Below are positions 37,149-46,982 of a DNA stretch of 54,080 bases, piece after piece (position 1 is the first letter of the stretch; each line of letters starts with the position of its first letter). The position numbers and the translations under genes are program-made. Origin of the DNA: a virus (Duplodnaviria; Heunggongvirae; Uroviricota; Caudoviricetes); the IMG/VR virus record IMGVR_UViG_3300028886_000034, positions 1 through 54,080 of that record; one strand, given 5' to 3'. The notes under the pieces were generated by a model, which ran no database searches, had not been told where the DNA came from, and worked only from the letters and a program-made list of their open reading frames with translations.

Positions 37149-38207
37149 CTACCAAAGTTTTAGTTTTTCTCTTAATAATTTAATAGTATCAAAAGTTTGT
37201 TCTAATGTCAAGTGATTTTCTTCTTTTTTAATTAACTTTTCTATAGTAGGTAACGATAGATTTTGAATCAATTCATTAAAAGACATTAATCTATAGTTTC
37301 TATAGACTATATCTTTTTTCTCTTCAATAGCTTTAGCGATCTTAGATTCCTTTATATCAGCATTATTACAACAGTTAGTAGCTTCTTCCAATATTTGTTC
37401 TATAGATGCGTTATTCAATGTATTATAACAGTACTCTATAAACTGAGTAGCCTTTACTGGACCTACTTTACCAATACCATCAATACCATCACCTTTATCA
37501 CCCATAATAGATTTAATATAAATATAAGAATCTACTGGAAGAGTAGTAGGCTTATCCAAGATATTTGACCAATTACTGTAATCTAAGAATTCTCTTTCAT
37601 GATTACTTTTCTTCATAAATTGAACTGTATTCTTAAATCTAAGAGTCTGAACATAATCTCTATCAGAACTATAAATAATATTCAAATACTTTTCATCAGT
37701 AAAGTACTTTTCAATATAGTATTCTGGAACAAAATCAGATTCACAGAAAGAAAGGTATACTCCTTTAGTATGATAAAATTTATTACAAGCTTTCATAATC
37801 GTTTCTATATTAGACAGCATTACTTTATGAAAATCATCTGAATCACATAAATCCGAATGAGTTCGTTTTTTAGTAATGCTTCTATTACTTTTATAATCTT
37901 TATAGATAGCTTTATGATATTGATATTCTCCTACATCAGCATAAGTTATAATTCTAATATTAACATTATTTTTAATAGCGTAATCATAGTGAAACATTAA
38001 AAAGTCTAACCAGGATAAAAATATCATACTATTGGGCTTACCAGTCTTATTGGAAATCTCTAATAAATTCTCTACAACATTTTTAACATAAAGTATACCT
38101 AAAGCATTCTTTAAGTCTAAAAATATATTTAAACAATTAGCCTTAGGATGCGATTCCCTAAGGCTGTCAAGTTCTTCAAAAGTTGGATAATAACTTATGA
38201 TATTCAT
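37149..38207 (-). CDS. T4 RNase H / FEN-type 5'-3' exonuclease
   Basis: FLDLKN, YKDYKSNR, CESDF, IYSSDRDYVQ, GDKGDGIDGI..VG. Confidence 0.85.
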   Translation of the reverse strand: MNIISYYPTFEELDSLRESHPKANCLNIFLDLKNALGILYVKNVVENLLEISNKTGKPNSMIFLSWLDFLMFHYDYAIKNNVNIRIITYADVGEYQYHKAIYKDYKSNRSITKKRTHSDLCDSDDFHKVMLSNIETIMKACNKFYHTKGVYLSFCESDFVPEYYIEKYFTDEKYLNIIYSSDRDYVQTLRFKNTVQFMKKSNHEREFLDYSNWSNILDKPTTLPVDSYIYIKSIMGDKGDGIDGIGKVGPVKATQFIEYCYNTLNNASIEQILEEATNCCNNADIKESKIAKAIEEKKDIVYRNYRLMSFNELIQNLSLPTIEKLIKKEENHLTLEQTFDTIKLLREKLKLW

Positions 38208-38961
38208 CTACATCATCTTTCAATGGTACAATTTTTTCATAAAGACCTACAAACTTAGGATAATCTTTAAAGGTAATATTGAGATGCATATGACCGAAGA
38301 ACCAAATCTTAAACTTAATCATATCATATACTTTATTTAAAGTCCTAGCAGTAGGATCATTTAATTTACCTTTAATATAATCATCCTCAAGCATGTAAGA
38401 AGGAGTACTTGGTTCACTAAAATATTGATACTTTAAACACTTTTCTGTAATGAACTCGGGTGGAGTGTGTGTAAGAACATAATCTACTTTATACTGGTTA
38501 TTAACTAGTTCCATTTCTAGTTTGTTCCAGTCTTTAAAAGTAGGATTTTCATCTCTCCAGTAATCTACACCTTCAGTTCTATGGTTTCTATCTTGACTTA
38601 ATGCTCCACCCATACACATAAACTTCTTATCTTCAATAGTATAAATATGACCACGTTTTAGATAGAATACATTATCTGAAACTTCTCCTACCTGATTACC
38701 AAACTTATACTTAATAGGAAGGTTTTCAAGCCTATCAATATTATCGTGATTCCCATCAATAAAAAGAAAAGTACATCTGAAATCATTCAGAGTATCAAAT
38801 ATCTCTTTTTCATATTGAATTCTTACCTCTTTAAACTGCCGTGACTCATTAAAGAAGATTCCACCAAAATCACCTAGAATAATAACAATATCACCATAAC
38901 TATAATCTAGGAATTTAAACCTAGACATTTCTCCATGAGTATCACCAGTAAGGTAAATCAT
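38176..38961 (-). CDS. calcineurin-like metallophosphoesterase
   Basis: GDTHG, GDFG, GNHDN, VLTHT.P, WFFGHMH. Confidence 0.9.
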   Translation of the reverse strand: MIYLTGDTHGEMSRFKFLDYSYGDIVIILGDFGGIFFNESRQFKEVRIQYEKEIFDTLNDFRCTFLFIDGNHDNIDRLENLPIKYKFGNQVGEVSDNVFYLKRGHIYTIEDKKFMCMGGALSQDRNHRTEGVDYWRDENPTFKDWNKLEMELVNNQYKVDYVLTHTPPEFITEKCLKYQYFSEPSTPSYMLEDDYIKGKLNDPTARTLNKVYDMIKFKIWFFGHMHLNITFKDYPKFVGLYEKIVPLKDDVDEYHKLLSNF

Positions 38962-39683
38962 TTGAATATCCCCTGTCTATTTTGTTTATAGCTAACTTTA
39001 CATCCAGATAGCTCAGTTTGAATATCCACATAACAAGCTGTTTTTGATCTCTTATAAGCAGTAATCACACATTCATCACCTACACTCATTTTAAAACACT
39101 CCATATTAATATCTGTTTTAAAATTATCAACATTAGTTTCAAAGCCAGAAATAAGTTTAACTGTAGATACTTTTGACTTACTACTAATGTTTATCTTACC
39201 TTCACCATTAGTTATATCAATATTAACTGTTTCAGCACCAAGGATTCTTACAAAATTATTGAGTTTCTTTATAAGAGTTTTATCCAAATTTACTGTAAAA
39301 ATCTTATCATTTTGATTTAAATCAATCTTAAGACTTTCATCATACTTAGTAGTGAAATTAGTAAAATCTGGAATAGCTAATTCTATATCACTAATAGTAT
39401 CTGTAATAATATAGGAATTCTTATCTTTAAGTGTATCAATAATATACTTTTCTGAAGTGGTATCCATTAATGATTTAAGGAGAGGATATTTCGTAGGTAT
39501 ATTGATGATACCAAGATTAAGATCAGAATGTATAGGAGTAAAATCTATATTGATATTATAAGTATTATCACCAGATCTTTGGCTCATTTCAGAATGCCTC
39601 ATATCCATATCCGTAGTAATATAGCTTATCTTATTAATAATAGCACAAAGATCTGTGTATTTATCTTTGGTTAGCTCGACCAT
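38958..39683 (-). CDS. sliding clamp (gp45/PCNA-like), putative
   Basis: Size (241 aa), beta-rich pattern and position beside primase and clamp loader; sequence motifs weak. Confidence 0.55.
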   Translation of the reverse strand: MVELTKDKYTDLCAIINKISYITTDMDMRHSEMSQRSGDNTYNINIDFTPIHSDLNLGIINIPTKYPLLKSLMDTTSEKYIIDTLKDKNSYIITDTISDIELAIPDFTNFTTKYDESLKIDLNQNDKIFTVNLDKTLIKKLNNFVRILGAETVNIDITNGEGKINISSKSKVSTVKLISGFETNVDNFKTDINMECFKMSVGDECVITAYKRSKTACYVDIQTELSGCKVSYKQNRQGIFK

Positions 39684-40587
39684 AAGAGATTTCTCCCTTC
39701 ACTTCTTTTTCTCCAAAGTCTTTACCTAAAGTATTCCTATAGATAACTGTACTGTTCCATAGAGACTTAGGCAAACATTTCAAATAATCTATGTCTTTCT
39801 TATCATTATCAGCTAATACAATTATATTTGGATTAAAACTAATTGCTACTGAAGATGCTATTTCATATGCTTTACCTATATGTGCATTAAGAGCCGCTGT
39901 ATAAATAGCATCCTTGGGAAACATATTAAGATTATAATATGTATTAAGTATGTCAAAGATACCTTCAGCAATAACTATAGTTCGATGCTTAAAGTATTCT
40001 GAAAAAATTCTTTTATTGTTCAGTATATAAACGTCAGATCCCTCTGATAACTGAATTGTATCATATCTTCCAAAATACTTCAAGTCATCTTCATTATACA
40101 ATCTTACAACAACTTTCTTTTTAAAGTAGGTTAAAAAGTTCACAGAATGTTTGGGTATAACTCTATCTGAAGTATATTTAGAACTACCAGTCCAGATATT
40201 ATTAAGTTCATCATTATTAATAATATTAGCTTCATCTGGATCAATTGTAACTTTACCTAATCTGCTCTCCAAATAATTTTCAGTATCTTCATCCAAAGTA
40301 TACTTAATTATATTGGACACAGGAGTATTACTATACTTATTACCAGATATCTTAGTTTTAGGTAATACAATATTATCTAAATTAAACAGATTAATAAGCT
40401 TACTGAAATGACCAGATTCACCACATTTTGCACATCTAAATACTGGCTTATCTGTAGCTACGTACAGATGACCTTTATTAGTATTACTAGAATCTCCACA
40501 AAAAGGGCATCTATAGATTTTATGCCCAGAAGTAGTTGTAATATACTTAAGGTGCTTACCTAATTCTCTGAAGAAATCCTCAAACAT
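39661..40587 (-). CDS. DNA primase (T4 gp61-like; Zn ribbon + TOPRIM)
   Basis: RCPFCGDS...HLY...FRCAKCG; IAEGIFD; LADND..D. Confidence 0.85.
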   Translation of the reverse strand: MFEDFFRELGKHLKYITTTSGHKIYRCPFCGDSSNTNKGHLYVATDKPVFRCAKCGESGHFSKLINLFNLDNIVLPKTKISGNKYSNTPVSNIIKYTLDEDTENYLESRLGKVTIDPDEANIINNDELNNIWTGSSKYTSDRVIPKHSVNFLTYFKKKVVVRLYNEDDLKYFGRYDTIQLSEGSDVYILNNKRIFSEYFKHRTIVIAEGIFDILNTYYNLNMFPKDAIYTAALNAHIGKAYEIASSVAISFNPNIIVLADNDKKDIDYLKCLPKSLWNSTVIYRNTLGKDFGEKEVKGEISYGRANQR

Positions 40588-40590
40588 ATC

Positions 40591-41532
40591 TTAACCCCCA
40601 ATTCTCTTGTATACAAGCATCATATCTCCTAGCATCGCAATAAAATGTAATCTTGGGTCTATAACCATATTAAATTGGTTAAAATAGTGATTCATTATTG
40701 GAATCATAGCAATAGGTAAATCAACATTATCCATAAAGTATCTTGTAAGTTCTATATAATTTACCACATTAGAACCAATACTATTTCTGATCTGATAAAT
40801 TATAGTAGATGCTTTATCATAATCTTTATCATGAATTATCGCATCAATAAACTGATTAAATAAAGATTTAACAATACTCTCTACAGATTCTGTATAATTA
40901 TAACTAAACTTATTATCAATTGTATTACTTTCTAAACTATTAATAATAGCCCTTAGATCTGGATACTTATCATTAACTAAACTATATACATCCTTTTCTT
41001 CATATTCTACCATCTCATTCTGTAGTATACTAAAAGCTTTATCGTATGCTTTTTCTTTAGGCATACCATAGAACTTGTACAAATCACATCTGCTTTTAAT
41101 AAAATCAGGAATACCTTGTTCATAGTTTGCTGTAAAGATAAACCTAGAGCTTAAATTAACATTAATCTCTGGGTTCTCAATAGGATTTCTTAAAGTCTTC
41201 CACGCATCAGATGTAAGATTATCTGCTTCATCCATTATAACTAATTTAATATTAGATTTGAATGGAGGTGTCTTAATGAAATCAATTACCACATCTCTAA
41301 TAGTATCAATTCCTCTGTCTCCAGAGGCATTCATAAACAATACATCTGAATCGTCTTTAATAAGAGTATCCCTAATAACTAATGCTAAAGATGTTTTGCC
41401 TGTACCAGGTTTTCCTACAAAAATAGAATGATTAATAGATTTATTATTGAGCTGATTAATAAGTTTGGTTTTAATATCATCTTCAAGAGCTACATCATAA
41501 ATTGTCTTAGGTCTGTACTTATCTACCCACAT
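40591..41532 (-). CDS. clamp loader AAA+ subunit (gp44/RFC small)
   Basis: MWVDKYRPK, GKPGTGKT, NASGDRGID, VIMDEADNL, FIFTANY, IKSRC, PDLR. Confidence 0.93.
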   Translation of the reverse strand: MWVDKYRPKTIYDVALEDDIKTKLINQLNNKSINHSIFVGKPGTGKTSLALVIRDTLIKDDSDVLFMNASGDRGIDTIRDVVIDFIKTPPFKSNIKLVIMDEADNLTSDAWKTLRNPIENPEINVNLSSRFIFTANYEQGIPDFIKSRCDLYKFYGMPKEKAYDKAFSILQNEMVEYEEKDVYSLVNDKYPDLRAIINSLESNTIDNKFSYNYTESVESIVKSLFNQFIDAIIHDKDYDKASTIIYQIRNSIGSNVVNYIELTRYFMDNVDLPIAMIPIMNHYFNQFNMVIDPRLHFIAMLGDMMLVYKRIGG

Positions 41533-41575
41533 GACAAAACCTCCCTAGATATTGTTCTCTCTAGGGAGGAGTATA

Positions 41576-42607
41576 TCATACTTGAGCGGGTTCTTCAAGA
41601 GGTCTCTCCAAATAATCTTTATCGCTTTCTTCCCAATCATAAACCACCATATTATCATCATAAGATTTCTGACCTAAGAAATCATCAACGGTATCACTTA
41701 AAAGTTCGTACATATTGTCTAAGTCTATAACTGATTTCATTTCAGTATATTTTTGGTCCATATAAACATCCAGTTTATCAAGAACATCGTCATACTCTTC
41801 TATAGGATAGCTACAAACATATTTTTGCCAATCATGCCTCTGCACTTCTACTCCCTTAAGATATAACACAAATCTAACTGCTTGGAATAATCTTTCTTGA
41901 GCTAATTCTATAGGATAATCATTATTAACTTTAATATGATACCCTATACCTGTAGTATAATTATACAACTGCATTAAATTAAACTTATTGGGATAATATG
42001 CATCTACAGGGTCTTTCATATAATAATAGCACTTACAATCTGAATCCAAGAATCTCTCCCACATTTGATCTGGTTGAGTTGTTCTATTGATAAGCTCTCT
42101 AACTGCATTTTCAATACTTTCATAATCAAAGCTATAGTCACTTGAAGAAACAAACCATCTACCTAAGAAATAGTTATAAGCTCCAGAAAACTCATCACCA
42201 GCTTTAAACTTCTTCCTAAATTGCACTGTAAAATTAGGTACATACCTATCATCATAATAAGTTGCTACAGGCTCTTCATCCCATCTATAAATACCATCAG
42301 CACCTTTAATCTGACCGAAAACATCAATTGTATCTGTAACAGTTTCTCCAGTTACTGTATCTTTAACAGTTACAGTAACCCTAATTAATCCTACTGAAGA
42401 AAATGCTAAACAAAGAATATGCTTTCTACCGTAAGCTGAATATGGAATAGGTTCTGATAATAAATTATTATTTATCTCCCATTCATACTCTAAATCTTTT
42501 TCATTTAACACCCTTTCAGTATCTGTTACAGTAGCTTTTACTGGAACATAAAAAGGTACTTCTGTTGCTATAACAGCATCATCAGGATACCATAATTTTA
42601 CTTGCAT
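41576..42607 (-). CDS. hypothetical protein with N-terminal Ig/PKD-like beta domain (possibly virion)
   Basis: YEWEI...F...G...VTVTVKDTVTG pattern; likely start ATG 42607 (MQVKLW). Confidence 0.55.
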   Translation of the reverse strand: MQVKLWYPDDAVIATEVPFYVPVKATVTDTERVLNEKDLEYEWEINNNLLSEPIPYSAYGRKHILCLAFSSVGLIRVTVTVKDTVTGETVTDTIDVFGQIKGADGIYRWDEEPVATYYDDRYVPNFTVQFRKKFKAGDEFSGAYNYFLGRWFVSSSDYSFDYESIENAVRELINRTTQPDQMWERFLDSDCKCYYYMKDPVDAYYPNKFNLMQLYNYTTGIGYHIKVNNDYPIELAQERLFQAVRFVLYLKGVEVQRHDWQKYVCSYPIEEYDDVLDKLDVYMDQKYTEMKSVIDLDNMYELLSDTVDDFLGQKSYDDNMVVYDWEESDKDYLERPLEEPAQV

Positions 42608-43077
42608 AATGCTATAATCCCACCTACTGCTAAAGCTCCTGAAAGCCATTTATAAGTGGTAGCATTTCTCTTGAGTTTATAGTTCTCCTTCTGATAAAAA
42701 TTAATTTGATCTTCATAATTCTTAATTAAAGCAGTAGTTTCCAATTTATACTGTTCATGAGTCTCATAAAGTCTATTATACGTAATCTTAAGATTATCGT
42801 GTTCAGTACTTAACTTTTCATAAGCTTCTTTATAAGCATCTCTTTCAATAGTTAATGACTTAACCTGCGCCTGTAATTTCTTAGCACCATTAGCTATAGC
42901 AGTCATCTTCTTATCAGTTACATACCACCCTGAATCAAAATCATAAGACTTATTAGCTGCTATAACTTTAGCACTGGTTACTTGTAATACTTCAATACCT
43001 GCATTACTTGCCTGTGGTGAGGTCAGACAAACCATCAAGCACACTAATGATGTCACTAGATGTCTTAACTTCATCAA
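42598..43077 (-). CDS. signal peptide + coiled coil + C-terminal TM protein (spanin-like partner?)
   Basis: Hydrophobic N-terminus, heptad region, WLSGALAVGGIIALCK tail; overlaps the upstream gene by about 70 nt. Confidence 0.55.
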   Translation of the reverse strand: MMKLRHLVTSLVCLMVCLTSPQASNAGIEVLQVTSAKVIAANKSYDFDSGWYVTDKKMTAIANGAKKLQAQVKSLTIERDAYKEAYEKLSTEHDNLKITYNRLYETHEQYKLETTALIKNYEDQINFYQKENYKLKRNATTYKWLSGALAVGGIIALCK

Positions 43078-43414
43078 TTACTACCTCCTTTGCTTCCTTA
43101 AGTTTAGTTTCTAAATTAGTATTAATCTTATCAACTCTATTAGCTATTTCTAAAAACTCCATTTTATTCTGTTTAACTTCTCTATCTAAATCCTTCATTC
43201 TATTTTTAATCATAAGATTCTCAGTTTTCAATGTCTTAATTTCAGCATCAGTTCTATATAACCTATATGCTGTACTAAATGAAAGAATAAATAAAATAAG
43301 TAAAACTATAATAAGAGTCTTACTAGTAGAATTAGCTTCTTTTAAATCATTACCAATATTAATAGCAACTTCTTTAGCTTTTTCCTTAAGCTCTTCTTTG
43401 TTAATAATAGACAT
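43004..43414 (-). CDS. single-TM coiled-coil protein (i-spanin-like?)
   Basis: TM LIIVLLILFILSFSTAY followed by coiled coil. Confidence 0.55.
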   Translation of the reverse strand: MSIINKEELKEKAKEVAINIGNDLKEANSTSKTLIIVLLILFILSFSTAYRLYRTDAEIKTLKTENLMIKNRMKDLDREVKQNKMEFLEIANRVDKINTNLETKLKEAKEVVIDEVKTSSDIISVLDGLSDLTTGK

Positions 43415-43422
43415 TCTTTATC

Positions 43423-44112
43423 TCACTCCCATTCTGAAGTGTCTACACGTTTAATTTCTGGTTCAACCGTTTTATCTAACCTATACAATCCACCATGTAC
43501 TTTCCACTCATCTTTACTTCTGGCATTCTCAAAGGTAATAGCACTTTTTCTTTTTACATCTGATTCAATATATTCTGGTATATTTAATACTGACTCCAAA
43601 TCTTTCCAATTTCCCTCGCATACTTCTATTGGGATATCCAATATCTGGTTATGATAATTTTCATGTGAAGATATGCATAATGGTACAAAACCTACTAGAT
43701 TCATAAAATGTAACTTCATCACATTTTTTGCTAAATCAAATATAGTATACAATTGATCCTGCATATTATACATACTTATATCAACCAATTGAAATAAGGT
43801 ATACGGGTGATGATGTATTTCTAAAGAACACATCCCAGGAAGATTCCCAGTATGATAACATTGTAAATCTATAGATAAAGTGCTCTTCAAGAAATTTAGC
43901 CATTTCTTATATTCTGCAGAAGATCTTACAGTCTTTTCAACATTTCTTATAAACTTAGTTTTAGCTTTCTCATCATCTTCAAAGATATCTTGATCTACAA
44001 AACAGAAATATTCTTTACCATAATTAGCACTCTCTAATGATACTAATCTATCCTCAATACCTGCAAAAGGCATTATATATAGAACTCCTTTCAGGTAAAA
44101 TAAAAGAGGCAA
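43423..44112 (-). CDS. HNH-like domain protein
   Basis: C...C..EIHHHP...VPLC.S.H..YH arrangement; true start probably MPFAG. Confidence 0.5.
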   Translation of the reverse strand: MPLLFYLKGVLYIMPFAGIEDRLVSLESANYGKEYFCFVDQDIFEDDEKAKTKFIRNVEKTVRSSAEYKKWLNFLKSTLSIDLQCYHTGNLPGMCSLEIHHHPYTLFQLVDISMYNMQDQLYTIFDLAKNVMKLHFMNLVGFVPLCISSHENYHNQILDIPIEVCEGNWKDLESVLNIPEYIESDVKRKSAITFENARSKDEWKVHGGLYRLDKTVEPEIKRVDTSEWE

Positions 44113-44147
44113 AGGATATAATACCTTTACCTCTAATTAAACAATTA

Positions 44148-44759
44148 TTAACCTCTCGAACTACCAAGTGTCATTCCTAAAGGAGTCACACCTTGTTCAG
44201 GGTCTGTAGTTTCACCTTCATCAGTAGTTGGTTCAGTAGGGCTGCTACTTTCAGAAGCTCTCTTCTTGATTGTATCAGTAAGAAGAGTAAGGTAGTTCTC
44301 CTGTTTCTCAATAAAGTCTTTAATATCTCTTTTAATATTAGTACCATCAGAATCAGAAATCTTTTCAAGAATATCTCTCTGATGTGCAATTTCATTCTGA
44401 ACATTAAAGTGAAGATCGGTAAGTTCAGCAATAGTATAACTATCTAACTTCTTCATCATCTCTTCCTTAAGTGTAGCTCTTAAGGTCTGTTCAGTTTTAA
44501 TAGTCTCCATAAGTCTTTCAATAGACTTTCTAGTTGACTCAACATAGCCATTATAAATAGCATTCTTAGTAACATCAAGTTCAAACATAGAATACTCTTC
44601 AGTTGGCTCCGATAAACACATCATATGGTCATAGGCTTTAGTAAGCTCAACTAAGAAAACTTCTAACTCAACATCACTATAATCTTTCATATCTAAATCT
44701 AATTTTAACATATTATTCCTCCTTTCGGACAATTTTAAATTTAAGTAATGCAAAATCAT
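44148..44759 (-). CDS. hypothetical coiled-coil protein
   Basis: ORF track; real start probably ATG after AGGAGG (MLKLDL). Confidence 0.65.
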   Translation of the reverse strand: MILHYLNLKLSERRNNMLKLDLDMKDYSDVELEVFLVELTKAYDHMMCLSEPTEEYSMFELDVTKNAIYNGYVESTRKSIERLMETIKTEQTLRATLKEEMMKKLDSYTIAELTDLHFNVQNEIAHQRDILEKISDSDGTNIKRDIKDFIEKQENYLTLLTDTIKKRASESSSPTEPTTDEGETTDPEQGVTPLGMTLGSSRG

Positions 44760-45330
44760 TACATTGGATTACCTGATTACACAAAATCTGCTTATCTTTA
44801 TTAGTAAGTTCTATTTGAACTCTAAACAAATATGCCGCGATTTCTGTAATCTCACCTTTAACTATAACTACAATTTCATTATACTGATTATCTTCTCTTA
44901 ATGCTTCAAAGATATCTTTAAAGAAAATACCAACATGATTCTTCTTTTCAATAACAGCATCATCTATATGCTTATATTTAACTGTAGATAAATTATAATT
45001 CATACAAGTATTCTTTTCATCATACTCACTTTTAACAATACTTCTGTCTGTAATACCTAATGCCTTATTAACTAATCCTACCTCATCACCGTATACTTCA
45101 TAATCATTATAAACATTATAAAGACCACCATTCAGTAATAGTTTAAAAGCTGCTGCGTAATCAGTTACATCCAGCATATTACTAACTGGAAGCCATATCA
45201 CATTATCATCAAATGAAAACTTCCAAGCAGTCATATCATTTTCAGTTCTAATTGGATATAAATCTTCTAATTGAACTGGATCTAACACTGTAAAATATTT
45301 ACTTAAATCTTTAAAAGTTAATCCAAACAT
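44713..45330 (-). CDS. hypothetical protein
   Basis: ORF track; SD AGGGG. Confidence 0.7.
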   Translation of the reverse strand: MFGLTFKDLSKYFTVLDPVQLEDLYPIRTENDMTAWKFSFDDNVIWLPVSNMLDVTDYAAAFKLLLNGGLYNVYNDYEVYGDEVGLVNKALGITDRSIVKSEYDEKNTCMNYNLSTVKYKHIDDAVIEKKNHVGIFFKDIFEALREDNQYNEIVVIVKGEITEIAAYLFRVQIELTNKDKQILCNQVIQCNDFALLKFKIVRKEE

Positions 45331-45356
45331 AGACTAACCCCTTTCTTCTTATTATA

Positions 45357-46112
45357 TTAACTACTTAAACATCTACAAAAAGTTGCATACTCACAAAACT
45401 TACAATCTTTTGAACAATACTCACTATCAAAAGAAGGTACTCTATATTGATCTAAGCAATCTTTAAGTTCTCTCAATTGCTTGTTCAATCTATTACCAAC
45501 CTTATTCATTATATCTTCATTAACTTCAACATTAAATACTTTAACGCTAACTTTACCTCTAGAAACATATATAATCTGAATATACTGTATATTTCTATGA
45601 TGTATTTTATTCAATAAGTATGCATAAATAACTGCTTGTTGTAAATGCTCTGGTTTTAATTCAGTGTCATCATCTATCTTTTCCACAGTTTTATACTCAT
45701 GCAATATCTTACCATAGCAAATAGCATCACATCTCATATTCAATTCAAAACCAATAATATATGACTTAAATGAAACTTCAACTTCTTCTGGTTGTATAGC
45801 ATCCACTAATGCTTGATGTACTGAATTGCCTATACCAAAAATTATATTTGAATATGGATAATTAGGAGTATCAGATGGACTAATACCCCTTAACCTAAAA
45901 TATAGCTTCTTTATACAACCAGTAAGGTCATAAGCACTTATACTCTTTTTAGTCCAAGTACTTTTATCTATTTCAGATCTCAAATAACTATTATGAAGTC
46001 GTTTTGTTATTTCATCTGCTTCAAATAGGGTTTTCTTATCAGAAACTTCATCCAATACATAATTTACCTGTTTTGGTTTTACAAATTCACAAAATGCTTT
46101 TTCCAAATACAT
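45357..46112 (-). CDS. Cas4-like PD-(D/E)xK exonuclease with Fe-S cysteines
   Basis: SAYDLTGC.KKLYF, G..VH, RCDAI, EYKT, Q...Y, C..C..C.Y...C. Confidence 0.85.
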   Translation of the reverse strand: MYLEKAFCEFVKPKQVNYVLDEVSDKKTLFEADEITKRLHNSYLRSEIDKSTWTKKSISAYDLTGCIKKLYFRLRGISPSDTPNYPYSNIIFGIGNSVHQALVDAIQPEEVEVSFKSYIIGFELNMRCDAICYGKILHEYKTVEKIDDDTELKPEHLQQAVIYAYLLNKIHHRNIQYIQIIYVSRGKVSVKVFNVEVNEDIMNKVGNRLNKQLRELKDCLDQYRVPSFDSEYCSKDCKFCEYATFCRCLSS

Positions 46113-46118
46113 CTTATA

Positions 46119-46982
46119 TTAAACACCGCCAATCTCATATATAAACCTAACTCCATTATCTCTATAGAGTTTATAATAGGTATCCAATACTTTAATCTCT
46201 TTATCAGTATTCTTCAGTATTCCCTTTAATCTACCATTAATCATAATATCGTAGACTATAAACATCCATTTAGATACTTCTTCTTCACTATTAAGACTCT
46301 TTCTAAGTATCTTCTCAATCTTTGGACTTAAGGTACTACTATTACTATACTGATAAATGCATTTTAAGACATCCATCATAACTAGTTTAAATACTTTAGT
46401 CAATTTAGTAATGTTATAAATAGAATCATACTTAAACTGAAATGCTTTGTTAATATCATCTTCATGCAAATAGTACTCTTCGCTAAAGTAATTAATCATT
46501 GACCATATAGGATCATAAAGCAAATCATAGATACTTCCATAGTAGTAATTCTTTACACTATCTACAATCAGATTTAGTTCAGATACTTCTTTCAAATTCT
46601 CTAAAGAGATATTTTCATCCCATAATTTGTTCCAAATTTTCAGATGTTCCTCTATGTAATTTGAGTATCTAACTATATCTCCATAACCATAGGCATCTCC
46701 ATTATTACTAATTAAAGTAACCAGTGTATGACTCAAATTAAAATTCTTTTTACAATAGCTAATTATATGCTGTTCATAGTTTTCTTTTTTATCCTGCTTT
46801 ACTTTATAAATGTTATTTATCTGTTCTTGCTTATATAGTCTATCATAATTAAGCCTATGATCTGAATAAAGGTACTTAATCATATCCACCAACTCAGTAT
46901 CAAAGAACTTAATTAAGCTATCTGGAGTAAACTCATCATTAAAAGTATTTAGTCTGAGATAACTTGTGAGTAATTGAAGCAT
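46119..46982 (-). CDS. hypothetical protein (287 aa)
   Basis: ORF track. Confidence 0.75.
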   Translation of the reverse strand: MLQLLTSYLRLNTFNDEFTPDSLIKFFDTELVDMIKYLYSDHRLNYDRLYKQEQINNIYKVKQDKKENYEQHIISYCKKNFNLSHTLVTLISNNGDAYGYGDIVRYSNYIEEHLKIWNKLWDENISLENLKEVSELNLIVDSVKNYYYGSIYDLLYDPIWSMINYFSEEYYLHEDDINKAFQFKYDSIYNITKLTKVFKLVMMDVLKCIYQYSNSSTLSPKIEKILRKSLNSEEEVSKWMFIVYDIMINGRLKGILKNTDKEIKVLDTYYKLYRDNGVRFIYEIGGV

